From: Candidatus Scatovivens sp.
GTDB lineage: Bacteria; Bacillota; Clostridia; TANB77; CAG-508
Assembly: GCA_045646345.1 (NCBI GenBank)
Contig: JAZRKN010000015.1
Location: forward strand, 64,001-128,000
Direction of reading: 5' to 3'
DNA length: 64,000 bases
The notes beneath the pieces were generated by a model. The model worked only from the letters and a program-made list of their open reading frames with translations, was not told where the DNA came from and ran no database searches. Below, in pieces: positions 11,001 to 20,400 of this stretch; the stretch's first letter is position 1, and each line of letters begins with the position of its first letter. Position numbers and translations under genes: made by a program.

Positions 11001-13518
11001 CATAATCTCTAACTTTTACAACTTCATCTTCTTTTCTATTTTCTTCATAGCCATAACTTATTTTGTATTCTTTCTTCATCTCATCTTCAGTTAATGGTCC
11101 ATATTTTTCTGCTGAAGGATCATCTGCTTTTCTATCTTCATGAATTTTATTTCTTAATTCTGTAATTATTAGTGCTGTTTCTGCATTACCATCATATCTG
11201 AAATAATTATTTTGTAAGAACATCTTTTTAATCTTTGGATTTGTTTCTGTTCTTTGACCCTCACCAGTTTGAGTTACAACGCCAATTGCAACCTCTGCAA
11301 AGACTCTATCCATAACTAATCTTTCAAAGTCACCTGCTTCATCATACTCTTCTACACCTGGTTTTAAAGGTTTTTGCATATCAGATATTTTATTTTCTTC
11401 TGGAGAATATGCAGAATATGAACCATCAGACAATTTGTGCCAACTTAAATCTTCATAATTTTCAGAAATATCTACCGTTACTGCTTTTTTAGAAACAGCA
11501 ACATCACCTGTATATTCTACATAACCACCTTTTGAAGATTTTCTATATAATGTTATTCCTGCTTCTTGTGCATCTTCTAAAGATTTATCTGTTTTTGTAT
11601 ATTCACTACCATTTTTTTCATATATCTCAGATGGGTTAGCATCTTCTATAGTTCCGTCAAATACAACATATTTTCCGCCTTCTTCTTTGTATTTACCATC
11701 TTCATCAATTACAAGTAATATTTCCTCTCCAGCTCTTTCTGGATTATATTTATATGAATCTTTTTCACTTTCGTCAGCTGTATATTTCTCATATAAAGTC
11801 CATCTTTCTTTCATTAGAGCTTCATAATCGTAATCATAATCTACAAATCCAGTATTAGAACCCGCTCTCCTTACAAAATATACATCTCTATACCAATGAT
11901 CTGTAACATTTTCAATATATGGAGTATATGTTTCAAAAGAATATGCATTAGCATTATGAGTATGTTCAATTACATAATTTAAATAGTCTTTACAATTACC
12001 ACCTAATTCTGTTAAAACCATTTCTTCTTTAATATCATCCGGATTTTCAACTTCTTTATCTATAAAGATTCCTAGTACAGGATCCCACCATTCATAAGTA
12101 TATTTTATAACAGCTTCTTCAGTTTCTGTTGCTTCAGAAACAACTTCTTCATTTACTGAAATTGGCCCATACCCTAAATCAATTGTTTTATTAACCTCAT
12201 ACTCACAATTACATTCTGGCGGATTATGACCTTCTGGTATAATACCCATGTTAAATAATATATCAGCTTCTTCTTTTGATAAATTCCATCCATCAACCCA
12301 AGCTACAAATTCTTCCCACCAGTTTCTTCCTGATACACCGTTTACAGCATTACAAATTTCCTCATAAGTTATATATGTACCTTCGTGGTTTTTGTATTGA
12401 CCAACAACCGCACCACTTGAACCATGTAAAATAATTCTAATTTCTGTTTCGAATTGCTGTGTCATATCATATGCTAAGTCAGGCATAAATGTCGCTGTAT
12501 GAATAGATACTAAAAAGTCAAGAGGCATACCATATCTTCCAGTCCATCCATCTAGACTGAATTTCATTTTTCCATTCGCCCAACCTTTTTTTACTTCAAG
12601 AATTTTAGCTTCTGCATCAGCTTCAATATACCCTAGCTCAGAAGCATCATATGCATCATCCTCTCCAGATGAATTTAGAGAAGTTCCAATGCCACCTGCA
12701 CCTTCATGAACTAAATAAAGCATACCAGTTCTATTATCCATATTATCACCAAACAATGAACCAAAACGATCACAAAAAGCATCCCAAGCACCAACATCAT
12801 TTAAGTTAAAGTTTTTTATTGTATATAAATAATTTTCAGAAGTCAAATACGCATTTACAAAATCGCTCGCTGCTAATATGATTTCATTTGAAGCACCATT
12901 TCTAACAACACCATAGTCTTCATCAAATATAGGATCACCGTCAGTTTCTTGATTTGCTCTATCTTCGTAATCTCCTTCATCTTTTCCCGTTCTTTCAAAG
13001 AATCCATCTAACTCTTCTGAATTATGAACATGATCTGTTAGGAATCCATAACCTTTTAGATCAAATCCCATATCAGCAATATAATCTAATATTTCATAAA
13101 TTTGTTCTTCATCAATTTGTTTAGATGTATCTCCACCCCACCAAGCAAGCCAAGCGTTAGCTACATTCTTAGCAAGATTCTTTAATTTATCCATTAGCAT
13201 ACCAGGCATAGTTATTATAAACATTACTATACCAATCAATAATATTATACAAACCAATATTATAAATACTTTAAATAAAAGCGCAGCTAATGGACCGCTC
13301 AATGATAATTTAGCAGTCGTTTTTAACGATTCTTTTCCTAATTTCTTAGCAGCCCAATTTCTGATTTTTTCACCAAATTTTTTCTTCACATTTTCTGTTG
13401 CTTTATTTGCAACAGCTTGAGCGCCACTCTTAGCCATGCCCCCAACATTTATTGATGCTGATGTATCTTGATTAATTTGGCTTCCATTTGGATTGCCACT
13501 ATTTCCTTGATCACTCAT
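8035..13518 (-). CDS. giant membrane-anchored multi-domain peptidoglycan hydrolase: NlpC/P60-CHAP-like domain, degenerate M23-like pieces, C-terminal VgrG3-like muramidase domain
   Basis: One N-terminal TM. FCCDRLVKWALQNVG...EGDIVYSSGHIEIV gives the Cys/His amidase pattern. AVVSPVTG / IKEGTVIGR / GNYLRI are M23-like. FESGG...VGIIQWT...FLSVQ...QYLTP...VQGAVM...SDEEIV...RAYNE...ALEIL is lysozyme-like. Probable ATG at 13518 (track start 13545). Confidence 0.65.
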   Translation of the reverse strand: MSDQGNSGNPNGSQINQDTSASINVGGMAKSGAQAVANKATENVKKKFGEKIRNWAAKKLGKESLKTTAKLSLSGPLAALLFKVFIILVCIILLIGIVMFIITMPGMLMDKLKNLAKNVANAWLAWWGGDTSKQIDEEQIYEILDYIADMGFDLKGYGFLTDHVHNSEELDGFFERTGKDEGDYEDRANQETDGDPIFDEDYGVVRNGASNEIILAASDFVNAYLTSENYLYTIKNFNLNDVGAWDAFCDRFGSLFGDNMDNRTGMLYLVHEGAGGIGTSLNSSGEDDAYDASELGYIEADAEAKILEVKKGWANGKMKFSLDGWTGRYGMPLDFLVSIHTATFMPDLAYDMTQQFETEIRIILHGSSGAVVGQYKNHEGTYITYEEICNAVNGVSGRNWWEEFVAWVDGWNLSKEEADILFNMGIIPEGHNPPECNCEYEVNKTIDLGYGPISVNEEVVSEATETEEAVIKYTYEWWDPVLGIFIDKEVENPDDIKEEMVLTELGGNCKDYLNYVIEHTHNANAYSFETYTPYIENVTDHWYRDVYFVRRAGSNTGFVDYDYDYEALMKERWTLYEKYTADESEKDSYKYNPERAGEEILLVIDEDGKYKEEGGKYVVFDGTIEDANPSEIYEKNGSEYTKTDKSLEDAQEAGITLYRKSSKGGYVEYTGDVAVSKKAVTVDISENYEDLSWHKLSDGSYSAYSPEENKISDMQKPLKPGVEEYDEAGDFERLVMDRVFAEVAIGVVTQTGEGQRTETNPKIKKMFLQNNYFRYDGNAETALIITELRNKIHEDRKADDPSAEKYGPLTEDEMKKEYKISYGYEENRKEDEVVKVRDYAGRLEVLTQDALNAFSMLENTHTLDADYIYRDFKELIVELGYFEKEELTDETPRLLQFPIPDIGSAEYPARSIDKRVQEKGTMIHSKYDIETNKEYINIEIAESMVGDLDNEASEATETPVENSQSAVSGIESEVTRVVNNRLSLSANPIANTQEVGAVGGEVLKTARQVPLKEFLKATREMCEYINTVGYDYCVICEPGNDGNGDTCTCSDECVAQYATSGKCAKLTTKTCPCTANHCKHSIHKNECDLAPDFESSKAPGRNNFCCDRLVKWALQNVGLIAKNGGAGGAKNLGDYIMNELGAERYPASEPLKEGDIVYSSGHIEIVGEKKNGGFVQYNGGHEVPIGATEGNDGSSIGFITQPFSGAEYILRLPWGKSEDALYEGYEGNEAVVSPVTGVLIDYGTYNRDEDQKRENVDLKYGPSVKITLDEETGEIKDVELPGETLPEGTGTDETTEENYEPVYDEVGYAVIRVMTKEDFEHLESNINSYWSNLGDKEGLLDSSGVFRDKITKESELEDLLDPTKTSNGLLAETIYGYKEFAEMYSTYGIYVNSESNEDGEENPEPVRKLISGYTIFIDGFKCELPDEEFVDTNDDGSVADETTKPDGKDLTIDSFKIAPSKIEDENELIISQYEMADEYKLASKKATERINLEELIKADAYPAMEVDDVIYIKEGTVIGRTFTDREVVEDLREDEELEDYKISMTKTEAELKSEDYVFQDKLIGNYLRIIMQEAANVTPVEDVENYMKLDVVTQSPPNDWELFFWLPFESGGTDEDGCGPESQGTCSTGETAVGIIQWTVLTGKNMNNIAGQFIPGCLEANSSLCGPLKAYESWSAQNFWDDWNSGTREFQKVLSQICDADRDGFLSVQMEVAKEQYLTPLLKSYPWLEERPSCVQGAVMHLRVWGASTDWLSDYESSSDEEIVLKVRNTIANTSSTAGEATGDEESGRAYNEPQIALEILSGAATTEDIEKWVRTRDTSVFQFDFK

Positions 13519-13559
13519 ACGCAAAAATCCTTTACTTTTAAACATTTTTATATAATTAT

Positions 13560-13588
13560 ATTATAACATTTATTACTTGATTTTTCAA
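13560..13588 (-). promoter_or_regulatory. sigma-A-type promoter of the giant hydrolase operon
   Basis: TTGAAA-17 nt-TATAAT with extended -10 TG on the minus strand. Confidence 0.6.
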
Positions 13589-13606
13589 GGAAAATTCGAT
13601 TTGTAA

Positions 13607-13644
13607 CAAAAAAGATAACAATATTTTACATTGCTATCTTTTTT
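13607..13644 (-). terminator. intrinsic terminator after transketolase
   Basis: Imperfect hairpin aaaaaagataacaat...attgctatctttttt. Confidence 0.55.
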
Positions 13645-13691
13645 CACCATTTTTTCTATTATTTTTCTATTTTTTTCAGTAGAAATTTTAA

Positions 13692-14621
13692 TTATTTTTT
13701 CACTTCTTCTATAATTTCTTTACTTGTTAATCCAAAATATTTTAACAGTTCTGATGCATTTCCAGATTTACCAAAAATATCTTTCATTCCCATTCTAACT
13801 AGCTTTGCAGGGCAATTTTCAACAAGGACTTCTGCTACGGCAGAGCCAAGTCCACCGATTATACTATGTTCTTCTATTGATATTAGTTTTTTTGTTTCTT
13901 TGGCACACTTTATAATCATTTCAGAATCAATTGGTTTAATTGTATGAAAATCTACAACTCTTACATTTATTCCTTCTTTTTCAAGTTCTTCTTTTGCTTT
14001 TAATGCTTCTGCTACCATAATTCCTGTAGCAAAAATAGTAGCATCTGTTCCATCACCAAATTGAATTGCTTTTCCAATTTCAAAATTAGTTCCTTCTTCA
14101 TGAATTATTGGTGTTGCAGCTCTTCCAAATCTTATATAAACAGGACCATTTATTTTAGCAGCTTCTCTTACAGCCCATTTAGCTTCAACATCATCTGCAG
14201 GAGAAATTACTGTCATATTTGGAAGTCCTCTCATTAAATTTATATCTTCAAGCATTTGATGTGTTGCCCCATCTTCTCCAACTGTAATTCCACAGTGAGT
14301 TCCACATATTTTTACATTTAGATTTGGATAGCATATACTATTTCTTATTTGATCATATGATCTTCCTGTGGCAAATACTGCAAATGTACTTGCAAATGGT
14401 ATCTTGCCACATGTTGAAAATCCAGCTGCCGTAGCTACCATATCTTGTTCAGCAATTCCCATATCAAAGAATCTTTCAGGAAATTCTTTTGCAAATATAT
14501 TTGTTTTTGTAGCACCTGCTAAGTCTGCATCTAATACTACAACATTTTTATTTTCTTTTCCAAGTTCAGCTAACGCTTCACCATAACTTTGTCTTGTTGC
14601 TTTTTTATTTTCAAAATCCAT
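13692..14621 (-). CDS. transketolase, C-terminal subunit
   Basis: ATRQSYGEAL, GIAEQDMV, GEDGATHQ, GPVYIRFGR, EEHSIIGGLGSAVAE. Confidence 0.95.
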   Translation of the reverse strand: MDFENKKATRQSYGEALAELGKENKNVVVLDADLAGATKTNIFAKEFPERFFDMGIAEQDMVATAAGFSTCGKIPFASTFAVFATGRSYDQIRNSICYPNLNVKICGTHCGITVGEDGATHQMLEDINLMRGLPNMTVISPADDVEAKWAVREAAKINGPVYIRFGRAATPIIHEEGTNFEIGKAIQFGDGTDATIFATGIMVAEALKAKEELEKEGINVRVVDFHTIKPIDSEMIIKCAKETKKLISIEEHSIIGGLGSAVAEVLVENCPAKLVRMGMKDIFGKSGNASELLKYFGLTSKEIIEEVKK

Positions 14622-14634
14622 AATAAACCTCCTA

Positions 14635-15459
14635 CTATTTACTCAATTCTTCCATAGCTAAATTATATTCTTCTTCTTTTGGAGCTTTTCCATGCCATCC
14701 AGCTTGATTTTCCATGTAAGAAACTCCTTTTCCTTTTGTTGTTTTTGCTATAATTGCAGTTGGCTTTCCTTTTGTTTGTTTTGCATTTTCTAATGCTTCA
14801 ACTATTTTTTCTATATCATGTCCATCGATAACTAATACATTAAATCCAAAACTTTCAAACTTTTTATCAATTGGATATGGATTCATTACATTATCAACAC
14901 TTCCATCAATTTGTAAGTTATTGTTATCTACAATAACACATAAATTATCTAATTTATAATGACTACTACTCATTGCAGCTTCCCAAATTTGTCCTTCTTG
15001 GATTTCTCCATCACCACAAATACAATAAACTCTATAATCTTTATTATCTAATTTTCCTGCAAGAGCCATTCCATTTGCTACTGATAAACCTTGTCCTAAA
15101 GAACCTGATGTCATATCTACACCATTTGTGTGCTTCATATCCGGATGTCCTTGAAGATAACTATTTAATTTTCTTACCGTTTTTAAATCTTCTTTTGGAA
15201 TAAATCCTTTCTCTGCTAATGCAGAATATAATGCAGGTGCACAGTGCCCTTTTGATAAAACAACTCTATCTCTATTTTCATCTTTTGGATTATTTACATT
15301 TATATTCAATTCTTTAAAATATAATACAGCTAATACATCTGCTATTGATAATGATCCACCTGGATGTCCTGATGCCGCATTATAAACAACATCTAAAATA
15401 TTTTTTCTAATATTATTTGCTTTTTCTTGTAAATTTTGTAACTCTAATGAATCAATCAT
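14635..15459 (-). CDS. transketolase, N-terminal (TPP-binding) subunit
   Basis: SGHPGGSLS, LSKGH, LQGHP, GSLGQG, GDGE...EG TPP motif, WHGKAP. Confidence 0.95.
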   Translation of the reverse strand: MIDSLELQNLQEKANNIRKNILDVVYNAASGHPGGSLSIADVLAVLYFKELNINVNNPKDENRDRVVLSKGHCAPALYSALAEKGFIPKEDLKTVRKLNSYLQGHPDMKHTNGVDMTSGSLGQGLSVANGMALAGKLDNKDYRVYCICGDGEIQEGQIWEAAMSSSHYKLDNLCVIVDNNNLQIDGSVDNVMNPYPIDKKFESFGFNVLVIDGHDIEKIVEALENAKQTKGKPTAIIAKTTKGKGVSYMENQAGWHGKAPKEEEYNLAMEELSK

Positions 15460-15690
15460 ACCTCATTTCTCCTTTACAATCTTGTATTTTAAACTTACTT
15501 TTTTATATAAGCAAACTTATTATATATTATTAAATCCCGTTAATCAAGGAATTTACTTTTACCATTCTGTGAAATTTTAGTGAATTTGGTGTTTTGTTTA
15601 CATAATTGACTTTGTAGTTCATTCGTGCTATAATATTTTTCGTAACTATTAACTTTTCTCTTAGTTCGCTAGAACAAGAAAGGCGTTATT

Positions 15691-16140
15691 ATGTGCACAG
15701 CAAAACTATCTTTATTAATGACTGTCAAAGAAATGGTCGACATCTTAGAAAAATCTGTTGGAGATTTCTACGCAAGTCCTGAAGTCAAAGAAAAATTCAG
15801 AAATGTGCTTGAAAATCTTTACACAAAATCACAAAAATCACTGCTAGATCAAGGCATAGATCATCAAACTGATGAAGAAGCCTACGAATTTATGCTTCGA
15901 TTGTATGACTTTTGGTATTTAACTTGTAAGATGCAACACATAAAAAAAGTCGCAGATATCTTCGATATCATCTTAGCCAATCATCAAAATTTATCTGACA
16001 AAGAAATCGAGCAAAAATTAGAAGAATCATTATCCGACAATGTACTGATGGAAACATTAGCATTTACAGTAGATAACCCGAGTTATCAAGAAATTGTTAT
16101 AGCATTAGTAAAAGTAGGAATAGCAAAGACAACTAAATAA
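15691..16140 (+). CDS. hypothetical helical protein (149 aa)
   Basis: RBS GAAAGG, upstream TTGACT-17-TATAAT (15607-15635), and it ends at a bidirectional terminator. Confidence 0.7.
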   Translation: MCTAKLSLLMTVKEMVDILEKSVGDFYASPEVKEKFRNVLENLYTKSQKSLLDQGIDHQTDEEAYEFMLRLYDFWYLTCKMQHIKKVADIFDIILANHQNLSDKEIEQKLEESLSDNVLMETLAFTVDNPSYQEIVIALVKVGIAKTTK

Positions 16141-16147
16141 CGCAAAC

Positions 16148-16180
16148 AAAAAGAGCATCGGAATATTTCCGGTGCTCTTT
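16148..16180. terminator. bidirectional intrinsic terminator
   Basis: aaaagagcatcggaa-ta-tttccggtgctcttt between convergent genes. Confidence 0.75.
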
Positions 16181-16191
16181 ATCTATTATTT

Positions 16192-16578
16192 TTATTTTCT
16201 TGCCATAAAACTTGCTTTTAAAATTAACCCTAATCCACCAGCAATCAATAACATCATAATTAAATAATCAAACATTGATGTTGTTGTGAATGTTATTCTT
16301 ATATTTATAATTATTGAGCCAACTATAAATATAGAACCAGCTATTGTTATTAATCTCGCTAAGATTGATTTTGGATTATTTACAAGCCATATAATTCCTA
16401 GCATTAATGGAATAACCACAAGTCCTGTTGATATACTTATTCCTCCCACAGTAAAACCATAAAATCCTGAACGAACTACAGCTTTACTAAGTAGGAAAAA
16501 TACTCCAGCTATTATAAGTAATATTCCAATATAAAATTCAATAAAATCACTCGCTTTTTTCTCTTTATCATTTGCCAT
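16192..16578 (-). CDS. hypothetical 4-TM membrane protein
   Basis: Four hydrophobic segments in 128 aa. Confidence 0.75.
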   Translation of the reverse strand: MANDKEKKASDFIEFYIGILLIIAGVFFLLSKAVVRSGFYGFTVGGISISTGLVVIPLMLGIIWLVNNPKSILARLITIAGSIFIVGSIIINIRITFTTTSMFDYLIMMLLIAGGLGLILKASFMARK

Positions 16579-16718
16579 ATTATTTTTCTTGCGCTAACTT
16601 AATAGCACATCTCCTTTTTCCTTTAATTTATAAAACAATTATACTTATATTTCAAAAAAAATACAAGTTTTAAATTTTACTTTAAAACTTGTATCATTAA
16701 TATTATTTTTCTTAAATT

Positions 16719-17375
16719 CTAGAATGGGAAAAATCCAAATAAGAACTTGCTTGGCATATACCATAAAACTATAGATCCACCAATTAGATATCCCCACCAT
16801 GGTATTGTATTTAAGAAGTGAATTGACCAATTCCAGATATTAGATCCAGTTGTTTTGATATTTTCCCAATTGAATATATCAACTAATCTTACACCGAATA
16901 TTGATAAATCAGATAAATCAATTCCGAAGAAATTTCCTATATCAATTTCCCAACCGAAAAGATTAATTACATTTGATTTGTCCGGTACTTCCTCTTTATC
17001 TACAACAGCGATTTTATAAGAACTTAGTTCATTACCATTTAATTTTACTTGGTATGTTTTTGCCATTCCAGGTTGCAAATCAGTTATTTCAACATACTTT
17101 GTAGCTGCTAATAATCCTTGTTCACTGTATAAATCTATTTTTATAAAATCATCACATACTTCGTTTGATGTATTTGACAATCTAAATTGCATATATCCAT
17201 TAACATTTGATGCTTTTCCTGAATCATTATCAATTATAATACTTGAACTTGATGCTATTTCTCCAGTCATTTTTTCATACATATTTTCAACTAAAGCATC
17301 TTCTAATAATAATGATAAAAAGAAAAATCCAACAATTCCTAAAAAATATAAAAAGAATGTTTTCATTCTAGCCAT
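16719..17375 (-). CDS. hypothetical membrane protein (N- and C-terminal TM, Ig-like middle)
   Basis: RBS AAGGGG, TM at both ends, and a LQPG..KTY beta-sandwich-like segment. Confidence 0.7.
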   Translation of the reverse strand: MARMKTFFLYFLGIVGFFFLSLLLEDALVENMYEKMTGEIASSSSIIIDNDSGKASNVNGYMQFRLSNTSNEVCDDFIKIDLYSEQGLLAATKYVEITDLQPGMAKTYQVKLNGNELSSYKIAVVDKEEVPDKSNVINLFGWEIDIGNFFGIDLSDLSIFGVRLVDIFNWENIKTTGSNIWNWSIHFLNTIPWWGYLIGGSIVLWYMPSKFLFGFFPF

Positions 17376-17497
17376 ATCTATTTTCCCCTTTTATTTACAA
17401 TTTCTAACATATATATTATACAACGATTTCCATATTTTGTAAACTAGTATTATAAAATTCCTTTATTTATAAGCATTTCTCGTTTATAAATCGTTTT

Positions 17498-20400
17498 TTA
17501 AACATCAATTTTTATTTCTTTATTTAAATATAATGAATAAATATATACATCTGTAACATTTTTATTTAACGATTCTTCTAGTGCTTGTTTATAAATTCTT
17601 AATTGATTTTTATATTTTTCTACTAAAATATTTTCATTTCCATCTTCTACAAAATCTGTTTTATAATCTAAAAGCAAAATTCTACCATCTTCGAAAATCG
17701 CATATAAATCTATAATACCTTGTACTAAAATATTCTCGTCTTTTGCATCTTCAAAAATATTTTTAGCTTTTAATTTTAAACAAAAAGCCTTTTCTTTTTC
17801 AATGTCTTTTGCTTCTCTTAATCTTTCTGCAAGTTTTGATTTCAAAAAGTTTTGTACTTTGAACAAATTTATACTCAAGGCTTCATTTTCTGTTATTATT
17901 CTTTTAGCAATTAGCTCTTGTTTTAAATCTTCTAATTCTTGTTTTGTATATATTTTTCTTAAATCTATTTTTTGCATAAATAAATGCATTAAAGTACCTT
18001 TTTTGCTTGCACTTATTTTATCTTCAGAATCCATGAATTTCGGAACTATTTCTGCTATACCAATATCTTTGTGTTCTAAACTTTCAAAATCAACGCCTTC
18101 ATTTTGAATTTGCTTAATTTTACTTACTGTACTTTTTATTGGTAGTTTAGTAGCAAATTTATTTATATACTCCCACGAGAATTCTTTTTCATATTTTTCA
18201 AAGTCAATTTCTTTTTCAAAATCAAATTCTCTTATTTCAATCTGTTTTTCTTCTTCTTTTGTAATAATATCTTTTTTAGAATATTCATTAACTTTTACTA
18301 ATTTTTTCATTTCTTCTGAATTTAATAAAACAAGTTCAATCCAATCCAAATATGATATATACTTTTTCAAAATTATAGGATTTAGTTTTCCATCCTTTGA
18401 ATTATATACTTTCAAAATTTCTTTTTTCTTTTCTAATTCTTTTAAATGATCTTTAGAAGTTCCTGTTATTATTAATTTTTCTTTTGCACGAGTTAATGCA
18501 ACGTATAAAATTCTCATCTCTTCTGAAATAGATTCTTCTTTTATAATTATTTTAATTGCATCTTTGGCAGATGTAGAATATTCTACCATTTTTTCATAAT
18601 TTATATATTGTGGTCCTATACCTATTTTTTGATGTAATAAAAGATTTGAATTTAAATCTTGCATATTTATTTTTTTAGAAGTACTACACAAAAATACAAT
18701 CGGAAATTCTAACCCTTTACTTTTATGAATACTCATTATTCTAATAACATTTTCATTTTCACCTATAATCTTTGCAGAAGACATATCAGAATTACCAGAT
18801 TTCAACCTTTCAACAAACATTATAAAGTTAAACAATCCTTTAAAACTTGTTTTCTCATATTCTTTTGCTCTTTCAAAAAGCATTTTTAAATTCGCTTGTC
18901 TTAAAATACCATTTGGCATTAAACCAGCATAATTATAAAATCCTGTATCTGTATATATTTTCCAAATCAATTCAGCTAAACTTAAATATTCAGATTCTTT
19001 TCTCCATGTATCTAAATTAGTTAAAAATTTATTTACTTTTTCTTTTAATTTTCCTTCTAATTCATCTTTTGCAATTTGCAAACTTTCATAAAAACTACCA
19101 TCTTTTTTACATAATCTTATCTCTACTATTTCGTTATCATCAAATGTTCCTATTTCTGAACGAAGTACTGATACTAAAGAAATATCATCAATTGGATTAT
19201 CTAATATTTTTAATAGATTTATCATTGTTTGAATTTCTATTGTATCTAGATATTCATTAGAACTATCCGAAAATACTGGTATATCATTTTTTATAAGTTC
19301 TTTTTCATATATTGGAGCAAGTTTAGATGTTGAACGAAGTAAAATAACAATATCTTTATACGTCACATCTCTATAGCCTAATTTTTTATCTTTTACTTGT
19401 ACTTTAGAAGCAATAATTTCTTTAATTCTTTTTACTACAAATTGAGCTTCTATTTGTTCTTTCTCAAGTTGATTAATATAATCCTCAAGTTCTTCCTCTT
19501 CTTTTATATTTTCTTCAGAGTCATCTTTCCATGCCATTATAGAATCATCATCTTTTAAATCTATAATATCAAGTTCAGCTATATCCAAGGAATTTTCGTG
19601 TGGTTCAAAATTTGCACCTAAATTCAAATATTCTTCTTCTGTATAATCTATATCTCCTAGACTCTTGCTCATTATTGTTTTAAACACTTCATTTGTAATT
19701 TGAAGAACATTATCTCTACTTCTAAAGTTTTTAAACAATTGAATTTTTAATCCATCATCATTTCCATTTAAATCATATCTGTCATATTTATCTAAAAATA
19801 ATTCTGGACACGCTTGACGGAATTTATAAATACTTTGTTTTACATCTCCAACCATAAATAAATTATTTCCACGAGACACAGTTCCCAAAATATATTCTTG
19901 TACTTGGTTGCTATCTTGATATTCGTCAATCGCAATTTCTTCAAATTTTTCTCTATATTTTTTTGCAACATCCGTACCAACATATTTTCCGTTTTCGTCT
20001 TTTTTTACTAAGATTTTTAATGCATAATGTTCAATATCATTAAAATCAATAATATTTCTTTCTCTTTTCTTTTTCATGAATTCTTCATCAAATTTAAATA
20101 TTAAATCTTTTAAAATATCTAAAATTTCATACATTTCATAAATATCTCTGAAAGCAGCTTCTGAATTGTAAATTAAAATTTCTTTTATTATTTTCATTAA
20201 TTTATTTTTTACAGTATCTCTGGCTGCTTTTGCTTCATCTTTTGCATCCATTACAATCTTTTTATCTATTGGCCATGATTTTAATTTCATCTCATTTGCA
20301 AATCCATATGCCAAATCCCAAGATTTTTCTGTAGCATCATATAAAGTTTTAAAACTCTCTATATCTGATTCTATTGTTAATTTATATTTTTCAAGTTCAT

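Noticed and set aside
5036-11871. AGG as a second frameshift-triggering codon
   Set aside because: AGG occurs in frame in intact genes (5036-5038 in the M23 gene, 11869-11871 in the giant hydrolase) without breaking the frame.
8035-13518. Prophage tail or conjugative element around the giant hydrolase
   Set aside because: No integrase, relaxase, VirB4, terminase or structural phage genes are present, and the flanks are housekeeping (ftsE, transketolase).
13692-15459. Split transketolase as another frameshift
   Set aside because: Two-subunit transketolase is normal in clostridia. Both genes have natural ends and the second has its own RBS (GGAGG).
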